DNA from: Antedon mediterranea
Lineage: Eukaryota; Animalia; Echinodermata
Direction: 5' to 3'
Assembly: GCF_964355755.1 (NCBI RefSeq)
Contig: NC_092674.1
Location: 25,792,001 to 25,856,000 of the forward strand
Length of the DNA: 64,000 nt
This document shows, in pieces, positions 14,801 through 29,167 of this stretch. The notes under the pieces were generated by a model. The model was not told the origin of the DNA and searched no databases. It was given only the letters and a program-made list of their open reading frames with translations. Position 1 is the first letter of the stretch. Every line of letters begins with the position of its first letter. Made by a program: the position numbers and the translations under genes.

Positions 14801-17800
14801 CAGAAACACGTTTAGTTCTGCATGACTTTCTCAAGCAAAGAAGATTGGAAAATCCCAATCATTTCTGCTCCAAAGTAAAGACGCCAATTGGAGACTGGCT
14901 TTAAGCTGCACTCGATTCCCAGTGCTGTATCTCCACATACTATCTATATCAAAAGAATATTTTGTTAAGAGTTAGGTTACTACTAGATACATGTGGAACT
15001 CATGTGTATTACCAAATATTCCTATGATACTGGGGAAATAGATATAGTACCGAGAATCGGCTGGTTTAAGAAGACATTAATTGTGGAACTAATTACGTCT
15101 AGTTTATTGTGTTTACAATGATTCTAAAGAGAGACCGAAACTGATACAAGCAAAATAGTCAGATCCGGTTTTGATGAGTTATGTAAAACTGTAATTTTTC
15201 GGAAAATAGAGATTAATTGTTAATAGAGATATCGCTTTAAACTATCTTAATAGCGATATCCAAGATTTCCTACTTTAAAACTAAGATTATGTATGACAGA
15301 TTGGCACGTCATAATAATAATAGACATAATATAATAATAATTACTGAATTAATGAGGATACAGGTATTATATTTATATGAACTGATCATCAATTGGAATA
15401 AGGTAATGTATTTGTTTTTGATGAATGGAAATTTTTGAAAACTTTTGATCTTTCCGTTAAACCGGACCTTTAAAGGTTATGCAATGTATGGTTTTAACAT
15501 TACATTAATTAATCAATAGAAACATTATCGTAGAAGAGTGCAATATGAATAATTCACAATAGATTTGAATAGGAATTAGCAGTTTTTGATAAATTACTGT
15601 CCTTTTGACTCGACTCGCAGACACAGCGACAACGCTTGCTGTACTCTCTTCAATCAATAATGTTCTTACACGAATGCTACGCAGAAAGAAATTAATCAAA
15701 ATAAATATAGGCATACACGTTAATGTGTTAAATAAGGATATATATTGTGAGAGTCTATTCTTCTAATGCTATAACATTTTGTACGATACAAATCAGCGCG
15801 CTCCTAATTTACATACGGTACACGCATGCGCACACAATTAACGATAGACTTTCCAAGAAAAGTTAAAATTATGATAATGTGTATACAGCATGTGTCTATA
15901 CACTAGAAACTGAAACATTAATGTAGCCAATGTTCTTACATTATCCATGACGTCATTAGTTGACATACGCTGCTAATAAACTGAACAACAACTTTCAACA
16001 ATGTCGATTAATTGCAATATTATTTATGACAAAAGATAAAAATTTGAACTGCAATAACAAGATTATTATCAAAACACACAATAAAACAAATCTAAACAAA
16101 CACGAGCACACGACAATTAATCCTTATCACTACCAATTTTAAAATCTTCAGTTATTTTAAAGATTATCGTGTCTGTTTGCCGAGCGTTCAAAGAAAATAT
16201 TGTTAATAAACTTTGTTGAAATGGTGCTATAAAAATGGACTATTGATTCATTCATGATGGATATTCCTTTGATTGTGGTGCTTTACTTAAACAATAAATC
16301 CTGTAAATTTCGGCAAGAATGGCATCTTAGAACAACATTGAGAGAGAGAGAAACATGTACAATGAGATAAAACAGGCATTAAGTCAATGCAGGTTATAGG
16401 TCTAAAGCAAAAAAAAAAGTTCGTTCACGTCCGGGATTTGATTTTTTTTTCTTTTGATTAGGGGATTTACTATTAACTACCGTGATTTACCAACATGAGT
16501 TAAAAGTTCAGCTGTCACTTTGAAGATCACAAACAGGACATTTTGATGAAAAATTAGTGATATCCTTCAATTTATTTTTTAACCATTAAAAAAGAATAGA
16601 AAATAGTTTTAAAAGGCCAACATTTAATCAGCTAAAATGTTTTACCTAATATCTTTTCTCCAGAATTTAATGAGGGAGGGGACGTTATCCTATTGTTTTT
16701 ATTTGGCCTAATATCTTTTCCATTTTTGTACAAACATGCATTGGGTTTCTCCAAAATTTGACAAGAGACAGAATGTAGAACTTAACCCTTTCTTTAAAAT
16801 CTGGCTAGATATCCTATCTTCTTTATACAAACCTACAATAGGGTTATTAGGAAAAATATTTACATTTTGTAGAGGAAGGGAACAAGGTTTTTTTTTAATT
16901 TAAATTAAAAATATTTTGTTCATTTCTTTACAAACATCCAAAAGGTTTCTACGAAAGCCGGTCGTGATACAAGTTGTCATTTTGATTTAATTAACATCAC
17001 GTTCGTGACTGCAAATTCTGCAACTTTTTCCTGCAGACTTCCGTTACGATTTAAATGTTGATGGATAATAACTTAAATATGCCCATTTTGACTTCTAATA
17101 TGTGATATTATAAGTACCATTAGACTACCGTATCAAAAGTAACATGGATATCATTAAACATGAAACTAATATTTTTTAATATAAACATCATGAAAGGAAC
17201 AAAATATTTGTTTTTTTTTTCATTTAATTTAAAGTAAACGTTCATTTTCTTCTTTAGTATTAAACAGTACATAAGTAATTAATAATTAATACTTCAATAA
17301 GGCATACAGAAGGGACCAAAGGACCAAAACGGTGATGATGATAAGTTTGAGAATTTAAGCAATTGTTTCTAAAACTTGTAAATACTCCAGAAATATTTGA
17401 ATAAAATACGATTACTTTTTATTATTCAATTCAATTCATTTTGCAAAGATAAAACACACACATCAAAAATTTACATTGAAATATCTGTAGAATAATATGT
17501 CTGGATTGTAGTAGAGTGTTCCAATCTTATTTGACATAATAGATTATAGAATATAGACAATTACTTCATTAATATCAATTTATGTTCCATAAAATTGAGT
17601 CGGCATTAGTCAAAAGAAAACCAAGTTATTGTTCGCCGTATTTTTAATTAAAAGCACATAAAAACCATTACAAGTTACTTTATTTGTACTATGCCGATTG
17701 AGGTCATGTACTCTTATATAGTGAAACTGTTCAAGCCAAATGTCTGTCTAATAGCATAATAACGGATGTTTAAGATACATTATCATGCAAAAACAGGAAA

Positions 17801-20800
17801 GAAATCAATATTTTTAGGAACTAAGTTTGTTATGCTGCAATGTTGGAAATTTCAAATGCAGTAAATGTAATGTATCGATGCAACTTACAGAGGTTAGAGT
17901 GGGGAGAGTAATCGGTGGGGAGGGTACGGTAGTCGGTGGGGAGGGTACGGTAGTCGGTGGGGAGGGTAATCTGTGGGGAGAGAAATCGGTGGGGAGGGTA
18001 CGTTAATCGATGGGGAGGGTAATCAGTGGGGGAGAGTAATCAGTGGGGGAGAGTAATCAGTGGGGGAGGAGAGTAATCGGTGGGGGAGAGTAATCGATGG
18101 GGAAGGTACGGTAGTCGCTGAGGAGGGTAATCGGTGCAAAGGTTGAGATGTGATGATCATAGAAAATCCTGTCATCTTGTATTGTATTTAATATTGGTAA
18201 AGACTCATGGACATTTCCAAAAGAGTGCCTCAAGATTCGAACCCATGACCTCAAGAACATCAGGAACGATAATACTAAAATTGCACTTGTGCAGACATTC
18301 TTATTCTAAGTTATTACAACGTTTTTAATATATTCAAAAGGCTAGGCAGTTTCTATAAAATACAAACATTCTTCATGCCAATAAGTGCTATCCTTAATCC
18401 GAAACTGTCACGTATGTTTCTCTCTTTCTTTATCAAACAGAATTGATAGTGTAAATGACGTCATCATTTACGTCACAGCAGGAATGAGCGCATTTGGTTT
18501 GATACTGATAATAGTTTCAATCTTGGAAACAGGTCCGACAAGAAATCGAACGTGCAGGGGGAAGCTTTCAAGATACTGTGGCGTTGGAACAACAGGATTT
18601 GTAAGTTTTTAGTAAAACATGGATTGTTTCATTATTTGCGGAAAGTGGGATTAAACCATAAGGTGGATACAAAATGGAAAACTTTGGTGTAATTAAGAAT
18701 TTAACTACAACTACCACTCAAATCTTATGATTGTCGGCAACGAAAGTGAACATTTTAAAATGAGCATGAGCAATTTCATTATCGATTAATATTTGGAAAC
18801 AGAAAGTATTTAAACAGTTGAACAATTGCACGATTACAGAAAATGTTATGTCAAATAGCTATAATAAATCACATGACATTACATTTATATTTGCAGTCAA
18901 TTCACGGTCACTTTTACAGTTACATTATTACATTTAGAGTCACATTATTACATTTTACAGTCACATTATTATATTTTACAGTCACCTTATTACATTTGAC
19001 AGTCACATTATTACATTTTACAGTCACATTATTACATTTTACAGTCACATTATTACATTTAGAGTCACATATTACATTTTACAGTCACATTATTATATTT
19101 TACAGTCACCTTATTACATTTTACAGTCACCTTATTACATTTTACAGTCAAATAATTACATTTTACAGTCAAATAATTACATTTTACAGTCACATAATTA
19201 CATTTTACAGTCACATAATTACATTTTACAGTCACATGATTACATTTTACAGTCACATGATTACATCTTACAGTCACATGATTACATTTTACAGTCACAT
19301 GATTACATCTTACATTCACATTATTACATTTACAGTCACATGATTACATTTACAGTCACATTATTACATTTTACAGTCACATTATTACATTTACAGTCAC
19401 ATATTACATTTAGAGTCACATGATTACATTTACAGTTTATAATTACATTTACAGTTACATAATTTAATCACATTATTATTATTAAATTTACATTATTACA
19501 TTTAAATTCACATTATTACATTTACATTATTACATTTAAAGTCACATTACTACATTTAAAGTCACATTATTAAATTTACATTATTACATGTAAAGTCACA
19601 TTATTACAGTCACATTATTACATTTAAAGTCACATCATTACAGTCACATTATTACATTTACAGTCACATTACATTTACAGTCACATTATTACATTTACAG
19701 TCACATACATTTACAGTCACATTATTACATTTACAGTCACATTATTACATTTTACAGTCACATTATTACATATACAGTCACATTATTACATTTACAGTCA
19801 CATTACATTTACAGTCACATTACATTTACAGTCACATACATTTACAGTCACATACATTTACAGTCACATACATTTACAGTCACATACATTTACAGTCACA
19901 TTATTATATTTACAGTCACATTATTACATGTACAGTCACATTATTACATTTACAGTCACATATTACATTTACAGTCACATACACTTACAATCACATTATT
20001 ACATTTACAGTCACATAGGCCTACAGCCTCACATATTTACAGTCGCATTTACAGTCACATTTGCAGTCTCAATCCCATTTACATTTAGGAACATATATTT
20101 ACAATTAGAATCACATTTACATTACAGTCACATATCCAGACATATATATTGATAATTGGCTTATGTACTCATCTTTTAAAATCTCCTCGTGTCATTTACC
20201 TCAAATCTATGATTAGCATTCTCCAAATCAATAATGTTTAACTAGTACTTGGTTTTAATCTAGCCTATCATAATAACTTTACAGATTGCAAAGTCTAGTG
20301 AATATTTTCCTTAAAACGGCGGGAAAAATGTAACATAAATTAATGGTTACGCGTGCGGTTCATTGAAAAATCGAACTAATCTCTTTATCTTATTTATCAT
20401 TTAGTAATAATGTTTATTTTAAACATAGTGTAAAGCTCTGTCTACACTATCAAACTAGTTAGACAAAAAAAAGTGGGATGTGCCTAAATATTGCAGTGAT
20501 GTGCCCAAATATGGTAGTGGTATTACATCATTGTGTCCATATATGGGCACATTACATTGTGTTGATAGTGTAGACAGGGCTTTACATCGACTGTTTGTTA
20601 CTTTGGTGAAAACGATATAATGTAGATTCCATCATTCGGGATACACCAACCCCCTCCTCCCCCTCCCCCCACATATTAAGAGGATACCTCCCCCCCACAT
20701 ATTAAGAGGATACTTTCCTTTGAAGCGAACTAACATGACCAACGCAATTCAGGCGAAACCCCTATTCAGGGAAACCCCCTATTTTAAGGGGACATTTATA

Positions 20801-23800
20801 TTCGAACTCAATATAGTCGCATTACTAATAATATTCGATAAACCTTATTACAATTCAGTGTATGATTTTGATTGAAATTCATTATCGGAATCAAAGTTAA
20901 TCCGTGTTATTACGCTATTCGTAATTTTCGTCTTTCGCCTTTCGTGTTGTTGTCCGGTAATTCATTATTTAAGCACATACTCGAGACACTTCGTGTCTAA
21001 AGCGATATAATTAATTGCGCTAATAAAAGTTGGTGTTTAATTCAATGCGACTTGCAGTACATGAACTTTTAAACATGAATCGCGTGCCTGGAAATGAATT
21101 ATTGGCATACCCACAATGCATTTCATTAAACAAAAATATGGCATCGCTCGATGGCATTACAATCGACGCGCCGATAATTCGTTTGTCGATTTTGGCCTAG
21201 AACTTTAGCTAAAGTTACTCCCAATCCATGATCAAAGATTTAGGCACAATAATTCACCAGCCCAAACCACTCAATAGTGGTACAGTTTTAAGTAAGCAAT
21301 TGTATTGTTCTAAATTTACAAATAGTATTATCAATTCAATCTAACAACATGAGTTCCAGAGATCAAAAGGTTTATCTGTGGCTGCGACATGATCAGTCTC
21401 CACGCCCCTTAACAGAATATAGTACAATAATGTTGGTATTTCTCGCAACCAGGTATAAGATCAAAAGAATATTACGAGTTTCTATCTTCGTAAGGCGAAC
21501 TCAGTGTTAGATTGCAGTGGCATTATGAAAGGAGCCTCACAATAATAAACTAAAAGTACACTAAACCAAACATTTCTAAAGATATTATGTATTATTAAAG
21601 GTTAATTTCACTTTTACTTCGGAAAAAATAATTTATTTGAGGATCACGTTAAACATAACCTTGTTTGATAATTACATTATTTTTTTCAGCTTGCTTTTAT
21701 AACATTCGTTTTATGCGTGGCATGGACCGTAATATCAGTCCTGTTTTGTTTCCCAACAACAATGGTTATTATGTTGAATGGATTTTGCAACAACGTTGAA
21801 ACATTTCAGAATTCTTGCTTAGATCTTACGTCATATGGTAAGTTGCCTTTGTGCACCCTTTGTGGTAGACTACTTTATTTGTAATTTCGCAGTAAACATA
21901 CTCAAACGGGTACGTATGTAACAATGGGGAAAAAAGACTATTAAAAAAAATGATCATTATAAACACTGCTAGTTTTGATGCTCCATATGAGGGACTGTGG
22001 GAAGCAGCGCATTATGTGTCTTACGACTACAGACAAACTTGACTCTGTAAAACTCGTGTAATGTAAATATCTATTGCTGAATATAGTTGTTTACTGGCAA
22101 AATGTACGCTTTTTTACAGGTTTTTCACAAGAAGAATCGAATGCGACAAGAGTGATCTGTGGACCACAGCTCGAGGACTTCTGTATGAGAGTAAGTTATT
22201 CAATAATCGTTAGACGAGTGTACGATTAAATTAATATTATAAGAACATTTTAAGAGAAGAACATGATTTGACAAGAAATGACGCTGATAGATATAGCATA
22301 CGGCATATACGCATTCCCGCATCGCGGTGTAACTCTGAAAATGTTATATTATTATTAATATTATTTATTGTGCATTTTATTTTTAAGGCCGATGAAGTAT
22401 TTGACTCAACCGCTCTATCAATTGCATCTTGTGTAGGAATAACCATCTCATTAGTAAGTTTATAGTTACATGCTTTGTATCAATTAATTAAGTTAGTTAA
22501 AACGGTTCGATAAGTAGATATGTCTAATTCAATTACACTGGTTGGTTTATAATAGAATCATGCCGTTGGTGAAGAATTAAAGGGCAAGGTAGATAATATT
22601 GATGTGGAATAAAAGTCAGTTTATGCTACAACGTATATTATAATTTTTTTGCTAATGATAAGGTTGATGGAAATGATGAAGATGAAATTTTATGCTGATC
22701 ACACCTTTGATTTAGAATGTAGCGTGATGATAATATGTTTGTATTTTATTTTATTTATTACATTTCTGCCATATACAATACAAAAAAAAGATAAAACAAA
22801 ATACAAAAGGCAAGGAAAGTCCAAACAGGTGTTAAATACCTATGCTATGCTGGTCAACCCTGAACGGTGCACAGAAAAAAAGAAACATTCAGGATTTCTA
22901 GTTAAAGATCAACTAGACATAATGATTTCTAGTTGAAGATAATGATAATTATAAAATATAATATTTTGTATTTAAAGACAATGTTCTCTAACGTGAATTT
23001 TCTGTACTTAGTACATACATACATTTTGTTAAAAATATACTTATCATTTTAACTTTCCACAAAAAGTGGGTCAATACAACAAGTACCATTTTTTCGTTCA
23101 CACTAATAGCTTTTAGCTGAGACATTTGATCTCATCTTAAATTCACCTAATGGATTGATATGTTGAAACTATTTATACACGTCCACCCAGACAAACTGGT
23201 CGATATTGTCATTTTAATTAAGATCTACATGGCTTATATATAAAACGGTTCATCAGCTTCCCTCCATTTTAATACAATTTAAATATCAAAAATTTCTTTT
23301 ATTTGCCATTTTAATCAATATACACTGTTTCATCAATTGCTCTCTATTTTGATACGATTTTACGTCGTTCATTGAAATTTATGTGATATCTAATTAATTT
23401 CTATAACATATTTGGTTGACAAAGTTTCTTTCTTCTTTCCATTTGATACGATTTAAATATTATTAATATTAATATTATTTTATTAGCCGTTTTAATTATT
23501 ATTGCACTGTTTTATCAATTGCTCTTCATTGTTATACGAGTTTACGGACATTGATGGTACATGTGGTATCTAATCAATTTCTTTGAAACATTTGGTTGAC
23601 AAAGTTTCATCAATATTTCTCAATTTTTACGGACATTTACGGTTTAATTTGGTATTGAATATCAATGTCTATGAACCATTTGGCTTATATGACAAAGTTT
23701 ATTCAAGTCATTTAATCTCGATTTTGTTACAGCCCTTAATTTTAATTACTCTCTTCCAATTACGCTATAAAACTTTTTGATGACGACGTTTCATCAACTT

Positions 23801-24654
23801 CTCTCCATTTTGATACGATTTTACATACTTCATTGAATTTGTTCATCACACTATTATTAATTTTCGATATTAATAACGTTTAGGTGTGTTTAATCAACTC
23901 CTTTCCATTTATTGAGGAAATATCAACATTATTTGTCCTTAAGGTGTTTTCCATCACACTCATTTTAATGAAAGTTTATTGAAACCTTTCTTTTATATCT
24001 TAGCTTATTTATATTACAAATGTGACAGATAATGATTGTTTATTAACATCTCTCAATTCTAATGTTCATTGACGATAAGATCGATATTTTCACTCTAAGT
24101 TTCTTTCGATTTGAATTAGTGAGATTATAGAAAGATTTACTATATGCCATGAAATGGTTTTAGCTGATACGCTTTTCCCACTATGTATTTCAATGTCTTC
24201 TTTTTTTCGTTAATAGTATCACTGATATAATATATATATTTACCAAAATAGTGTCATTTAAAAAATGAAACGTCTTTCAGTTTTGTTTTTCTTTTTTTTC
24301 TGTCAATCATTTCTCTGTTTTATCAAAGTCACGTGTCATTTAAAGATATTTTTGAACAAAATAATGTGATTAACTTTCCTTAGGTATCTGTTTGATATAA
24401 ATCTTCTTTTTGTTGTATCATGGCGGAATGGTTTCCTCCAGGTTGAATGCTACATTATTGGATTACTGAATTTACATTTTTTACTGAATTCCCAGGTTAT
24501 ATTTTTGATTGCGTTAGCCGCAAACTATGCGTACGTACGGACTTACGGAAAATTGCAAGGAATACGGAAAACTGGCAACACAAACGAAAACCACGGAACG
24601 TACACGAATGAAGATTTATTTATGAATCCCGAAACAAGAACGACTGATTTGTAG
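8818..24654 (+). CDS. Proteolipid protein (PLP/DM20/M6) family tetraspan protein, paralogue 2 (about 261-279 aa depending on first exon)
   Basis: The first exon is either 8818-8824 (ATG AGA G|gtaagt) or 13220-13280 (MPQKDSRRSKHYYYYDADEK G|gtaaga). Then 14615-14789, 18441-18600, 21690-21837, 22120-22190, 22388-22453, 24496-24654 (TAG). All phases are compatible. Motifs: ARCVRRIPFVSVFA, ILETGPTR...CG, FC...SCLDLTSYG, ICGPQLEDFC, LAANYAYVR. Intron phases match paralogue 1. Confidence 0.88.
11923..12058. mobile_element. MITE family A copy (degenerate)
   Basis: aaagctct..cacact...catcac...agtgtagac matches the intact copies at 20432 and 33542. Confidence 0.6.
17893..18135 (+). repeat. G-rich minisatellite (ggtggggagggta[atc/cggtagtc] units, about 16-21 bp)
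   Basis: Directly visible tandem units inside an intron of PLP paralogue 2. Confidence 0.9.
18870..20130 (+). repeat. Minisatellite with a ~20-21 bp unit (tttacagtcacattattacat), about 1.25 kb
   Basis: Dozens of directly visible tandem units; the source of the spurious ORFs 18843-19343, 19065-19319 and 19928-20152. Confidence 0.95.
20432..20583. mobile_element. MITE family A (PIF/Harbinger-like)
   Basis: TIR aagctctgtctacactatcaa...ttgatagtgtagacagggctt, flanked by TAA/TTA, with an internal gatgtgcccaaatatggtagtg palindromic core. Confidence 0.8.
22745..22882 (-). repeat. Dispersed retroelement-like tail (inverted copy at about 59205-59335)
   Basis: tttctgccata.ac...aaaacaa..a.aaaag.caaggaaag.ccaa.caggtg.taaa..cctatgcta..tggtcaaccc is shared between the two sites in opposite orientation. 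Confidence 0.65.
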
Positions 24655-25198
24655 AAAAAGAAAAAAAAAACATTTTAAAAAAACAATGTAAATACTCTTT
24701 GGAAATTTCTTACAAAAGTACTTAACCGCAATATGGCTGAATGAACGATTGGCAATTTTTAAATATCCCAAGAATATTGCACAACTTTATTTCTGACGTG
24801 GCACAAATTAGCATTTTGGCTTGCGATTCGACTGACTACGTCATTTTATGGACACGAATTTGTGAAGAACTTTATTATCTACAACAAATATTGCTGAGAT
24901 CGCATTTACCCACCAAGGGAACACTATGGATTAGATTTGTAACTGACGGTAAGGGAATCGATCTTCTCTACTCAACTGACATATGACGTTTTGCTGCAAA
25001 TGATAAGCAGATACGCCATCTTGAATCGATTATTTAAACACAAGAGTATTAATGTTCATAAAACGAATTATGTTACCGAAGACAAAGAAACTTCACCGAT
25101 TTATACTCGAGTCTACTTAGGACAAGGGATAAATGATCTAGAATCATCCTTTTAGATTCAAATTATACTAATTCTTAATGAAATTGCTTTAATATAAT

Positions 25199-25351
25199 GC
25201 TTGGTTCCCACTAGAGGCACAACACAAGCGCGTATCGCAACGTAAGTGAGTTGACCAATAACAAGCTATGGATTATTCGCACTGTCGCTTGTCATTGGTC
25301 AAACACGCTTGCGTTGCGCTTACGTCCTTGCGTTGCGTTGGGAACCAAGCC
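25199..25351. mobile_element. MITE family B (second copy at 61925-62089)
   Basis: TIR gcttggttccca...tgggaaccaagc with internal inverted ttgcgttgcg and tgaccaat/attggtca arms. Confidence 0.8.
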
Positions 25352-27869
25352 CTACATACGTAATACTGCACTGTTCTATTTTCCATAATGGTTTAACCCA
25401 ATTTCAAAATACACAGGGCGTATTCATCACTTTGTAATTACTAATAACCTATAATTAATGTACCTTAGATTAGATTTAGATTTGCTAACATGTTAATTCC
25501 TTCTAATTTCAGTATCGGAACGAGTTGGCTTTTAAAAGTTTAATTACATAACTTACAATAGAAAGATATTTATGTTTTAATTATGATTTATTGACGATTA
25601 TAGATGTTTATTAAAATATTTAAGTTTTTCTTTCAATCCTATGTGTTATTTTTTACAATATGTATTTACAATTCAAAATCTTGCCAATTTAATTAACTAC
25701 TAAAAAGTCCTGTATTAAATATAGAGACGAGGGGACAAGTTCGAGACTCAACAAAGTTTCCCCTTAATAGAGGTGTCCCAACGAAGGGGTGCCACTGTAT
25801 CATATACTTGCCATTGGGGATTTTTTTTAATGTATTTATTCTGACACAAGTCATTTTTATATAAAATTGTTTTACATAATGTAACATAACTTTTATTCTT
25901 AAAATGCTGTTTTATTAAGTTATTTAAAAACACGAAGAGACTGTATGTTTTGATTATTTATTAAGAAATGTAATATTGTACTAAAGTGAAATTAACTTGA
26001 TAGGTAGATTTTTACAATTTATGCGCGCATGATTTTTCAAGCCATTTTTTAGTAGTTGGAAATGACCTGGGTGACCTTTACTATTACTTCCGTTATTGCC
26101 TAAAAGTTCTTCCAGCAACATTCTCCACGAATACTTATTTTATAATCGTCTCGATAAATATTATCAGGCAACGGCCAAAAAGAAATGACAGACAAATGAA
26201 AACAGAATTTCCTTTCTTAATCAAAATGTCTTCCTTTGAAGGATGACGTCACAAGTCCTGGTCATAGTGACGTATGTTAATTGAATGAACAGGCCAATGT
26301 TTGTATCGGTGTTTTTGCACATTTGTCATTAGAGACATTACCCCAGTGTCTTGGGTTTTTCTTCCCATTTGCAAACTTATTGGCCACAAATAGTTCTACT
26401 CATAGACTTAAGAATATTTTTGGATCGTCATCATATTTTAAACGCGTTCAACCCCAAACAAATTAAAAGCAAAACATTGTCAGCGCACAACTAAAAAAAA
26501 CGTGTGAGTTGTGTAGGCCTAAACGAACGCATTCGTATGGAATGCCACTGGTGCAACTATTTACACTATCCGTAACAATATATTTTGTATAAAGTAATAT
26601 ATAGCCGTGCTGGTGTGGACTTCCGATTCTGAACTTATTTTAAGCACAACTCTAAAGTCGACTTTGGCCTGTTGTGTCACTCGCATGCGGTCGACTAGAC
26701 AACTTCATGTCCATAAAGTTTAAATAGACATTTCCGTGCACGCCTTTGCCACGTTTTCATTTTCCGTTTTTCGGTTATAATTTCTTCATGTAAAATATGT
26801 ACAATATTTAGTTTTACTTTTTTTATGAATAGATAAAAAGTGCATGTTGAATCTCAAAAATACGTAACAACTGCAACTGTACAAACTTTCCCACCTCTTA
26901 GAATGTTCAAGTTTAAACTATATGTATACATTCATGTAAGTTATAATTATTTTACCTCGTTTTTTTTGTGGATATATTGAATTTCTACGTACGAGCAGAT
27001 TTTGTGCATGACTGACTGCTTTTCTTGCAGTTGGTAAGCTATTTACACGGCAATAAACATTTGACTATAGGCAAGCATTTCAAGTGTGATTTATTAAAGC
27101 GTTTATTATTACTACGTAAAACGCGTTGGTATTCCAGGCACGTCAAACGCTTTCTCGTATATAACTATGCATTAAGTATCGTAAATGATCGAATAAAGCG
27201 CCTGTGTCGAATAAATACCGCGTCGAATTTGTCTTTTTTTACGCGTCTCTGCAGATTTTGTTTAGAGTTGTTGAGAAAATATAGCAGTATGAATAGTCGA
27301 ACGTGTAGACGGTTCAAATAGATCATGGACCTACTGTGGCTACTAAACCTAAATTGCACACAATGTTTATAGTTAGAACTGTTATAGGCCACATATAAAT
27401 ATAATATTGAATGGGTCTTTAAGTGGAAGGGACCTTTACTTAGCCTTAATTAAATCTAAACATACCTGATGTTAATTATTGATGGTTCAGAATTACCAAG
27501 AGGCAAATGCATAACATATTAATGATGAAATCACGGTCCGTTGCGCATCAGCTGCTGCGTATGCGGCCGGCTGTATCAACATTTCTTAGTTTTGTTGAAA
27601 CTGTATCCATTGCATTTACATGCACCTGGGAACGCCAGTTTCATAAATTTTCATCTAAAGGCACTATGTACCATGCATTACGTCCACGGTAAATCTAGAA
27701 ACTTTGCGTAGACGTGACGTCATTTATAGGTCTATACAGTACAATTTATTTCAAACAGTATATTAGACATTTAAACAAAACAATACGATTTAGCCCTACC
27801 AAAAGTATGAGCTAGCTATTCTCATTGAGAAAAATCAATCCCTCTCTCATCACTCTCACAGAAGGCTAT

Positions 27870-28765
27870 ATACGTATCGACGTCATCATCATTACGTCAC
27901 TATCACCATCAGTCCACTGTCACTCTTTATCGTCTTCATTCTTATTATCGATGTAATTTTCATAAGAAACGGCTGTACCTATCAACGTAATCATCATTAC
28001 GTCACTATCACCATCAGTCCACTGTCTTTATTCTCATTATATGTCTTTTTCATCAGGAACGTCTATACTTATCAACGTCATCATCATTACGTCACTATCA
28101 CCATCAGTCCACTGTCTTTATTTTATTTTATTTAATCGAAACCAACAGCGATAATTACCGCCACTAACAGGTTTGATACAAACAAAGCCAGGACTGTTTA
28201 AAGCACCTTGATTGGTCCTAACATTGATCAAGGGCTTCTCTCGTCCAGTGCCCACCTTGACCAGAGGTCTGAGGCAGATACTAGATGCAGGGGCTGCCAT
28301 AAGAGTCAGCAGTGCTGATTTCAAATGCCTAACGGGACCCCAGCTCCGTATACAGCACTCGTTATTGCCAGATGGTCTCCCATCCAAGCTCTAACCAGGC
28401 CCAACGTCTCTTAACTTCGTTGATCTGACGAGAACCGGTGTTTCAACGTGGTAAATCTTCTTCATTCTCATCATCGATGTCATTTTTATCAGAAACGGCT
28501 AGACTCACAACGTCATCATTATTACGTCACTATCACCATCAGTCCACTGTCTTTATCTTCTTCATTCTCATCATCGATTTCATTTTCATCAGGAACGGCT
28601 AGACTTATCAACGTCATCATCATTACGTCACTATCACCATCATTCCACTGTCTTTATCGTCTTCATTCCCATCATCGATGTCATTTTCATCAGAAACGGA
28701 TATACTTATCAACGTCATCATTATCAACATCAGTCCATCGTCTTCATTCTCATCATCGATATCAT
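27870..28765 (+). repeat. Tandem array of ~100-bp units (acgtcatcatcattacgtcactatcaccatcagtccactgtc...) interrupted by a 5S-derived SINE
   Basis: Units are visible at about 27880, 27984, 28075, 28510, 28611 and 28712. Confidence 0.85.
28118..28453 (-). mobile_element. 5S rRNA-derived SINE (SINE3 type), copy 1
   Basis: The reverse strand of 28349-28453 is a diverged 5S rRNA (taccacgttgaaacaccggttctcgtcagatcaacgaagttaag...gggcctggttagagcttggatgggagacc...gtgctgta). It is followed by a ~220-bp non-5S body and a (taaaa)n tail. The body is shared with 43108-43368. Confidence 0.85.
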
Positions 28766-29167
28766 TTCGACAACAATACCCGTATGATAACGCGGGAAAA
28801 TTAAAACGAAGGTAGATCATGCGCACATTTCGATAACGCCACTTTCCGAAATGTCATAATCGCGGAAGTTACATCAACTGCACGGACAAAATAAAATGTT
28901 TTAAAACTATTGTTTATTTACAAAGCGTTCAAAATGTACATAACGGCTACTAGTACTATTTCTGTTCTGTGTTTATCTATAATAAGCACACGCTGTTTTT
29001 ATTTACAGTTGTCCACATTTTAAATAATAAAATAGTACTGCTGTCATTTTACGATGAAATATTATAAACAATGTATGTGAGATATCTGAATATGGGATAT
29101 TAAATTACAGATAAATATTGCCAATACTTGTGTATAATCATCCTTTTCCGCGTTAAATTACAGAAAC

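Noticed and set aside
18843-20152. Repetitive ORFs (HFTVTLL / VTVKCNH) and a CRISPR-like appearance
   Set aside because: These are translations of a 21-bp minisatellite; there are no unique spacers or cas genes, and the context is eukaryotic.
28349-28453. Functional 5S rRNA gene
   Set aside because: It is 5'-truncated, carries many substitutions, lacks a T-run terminator, and is fused to a body shared with a dispersed copy, so it is a SINE head.
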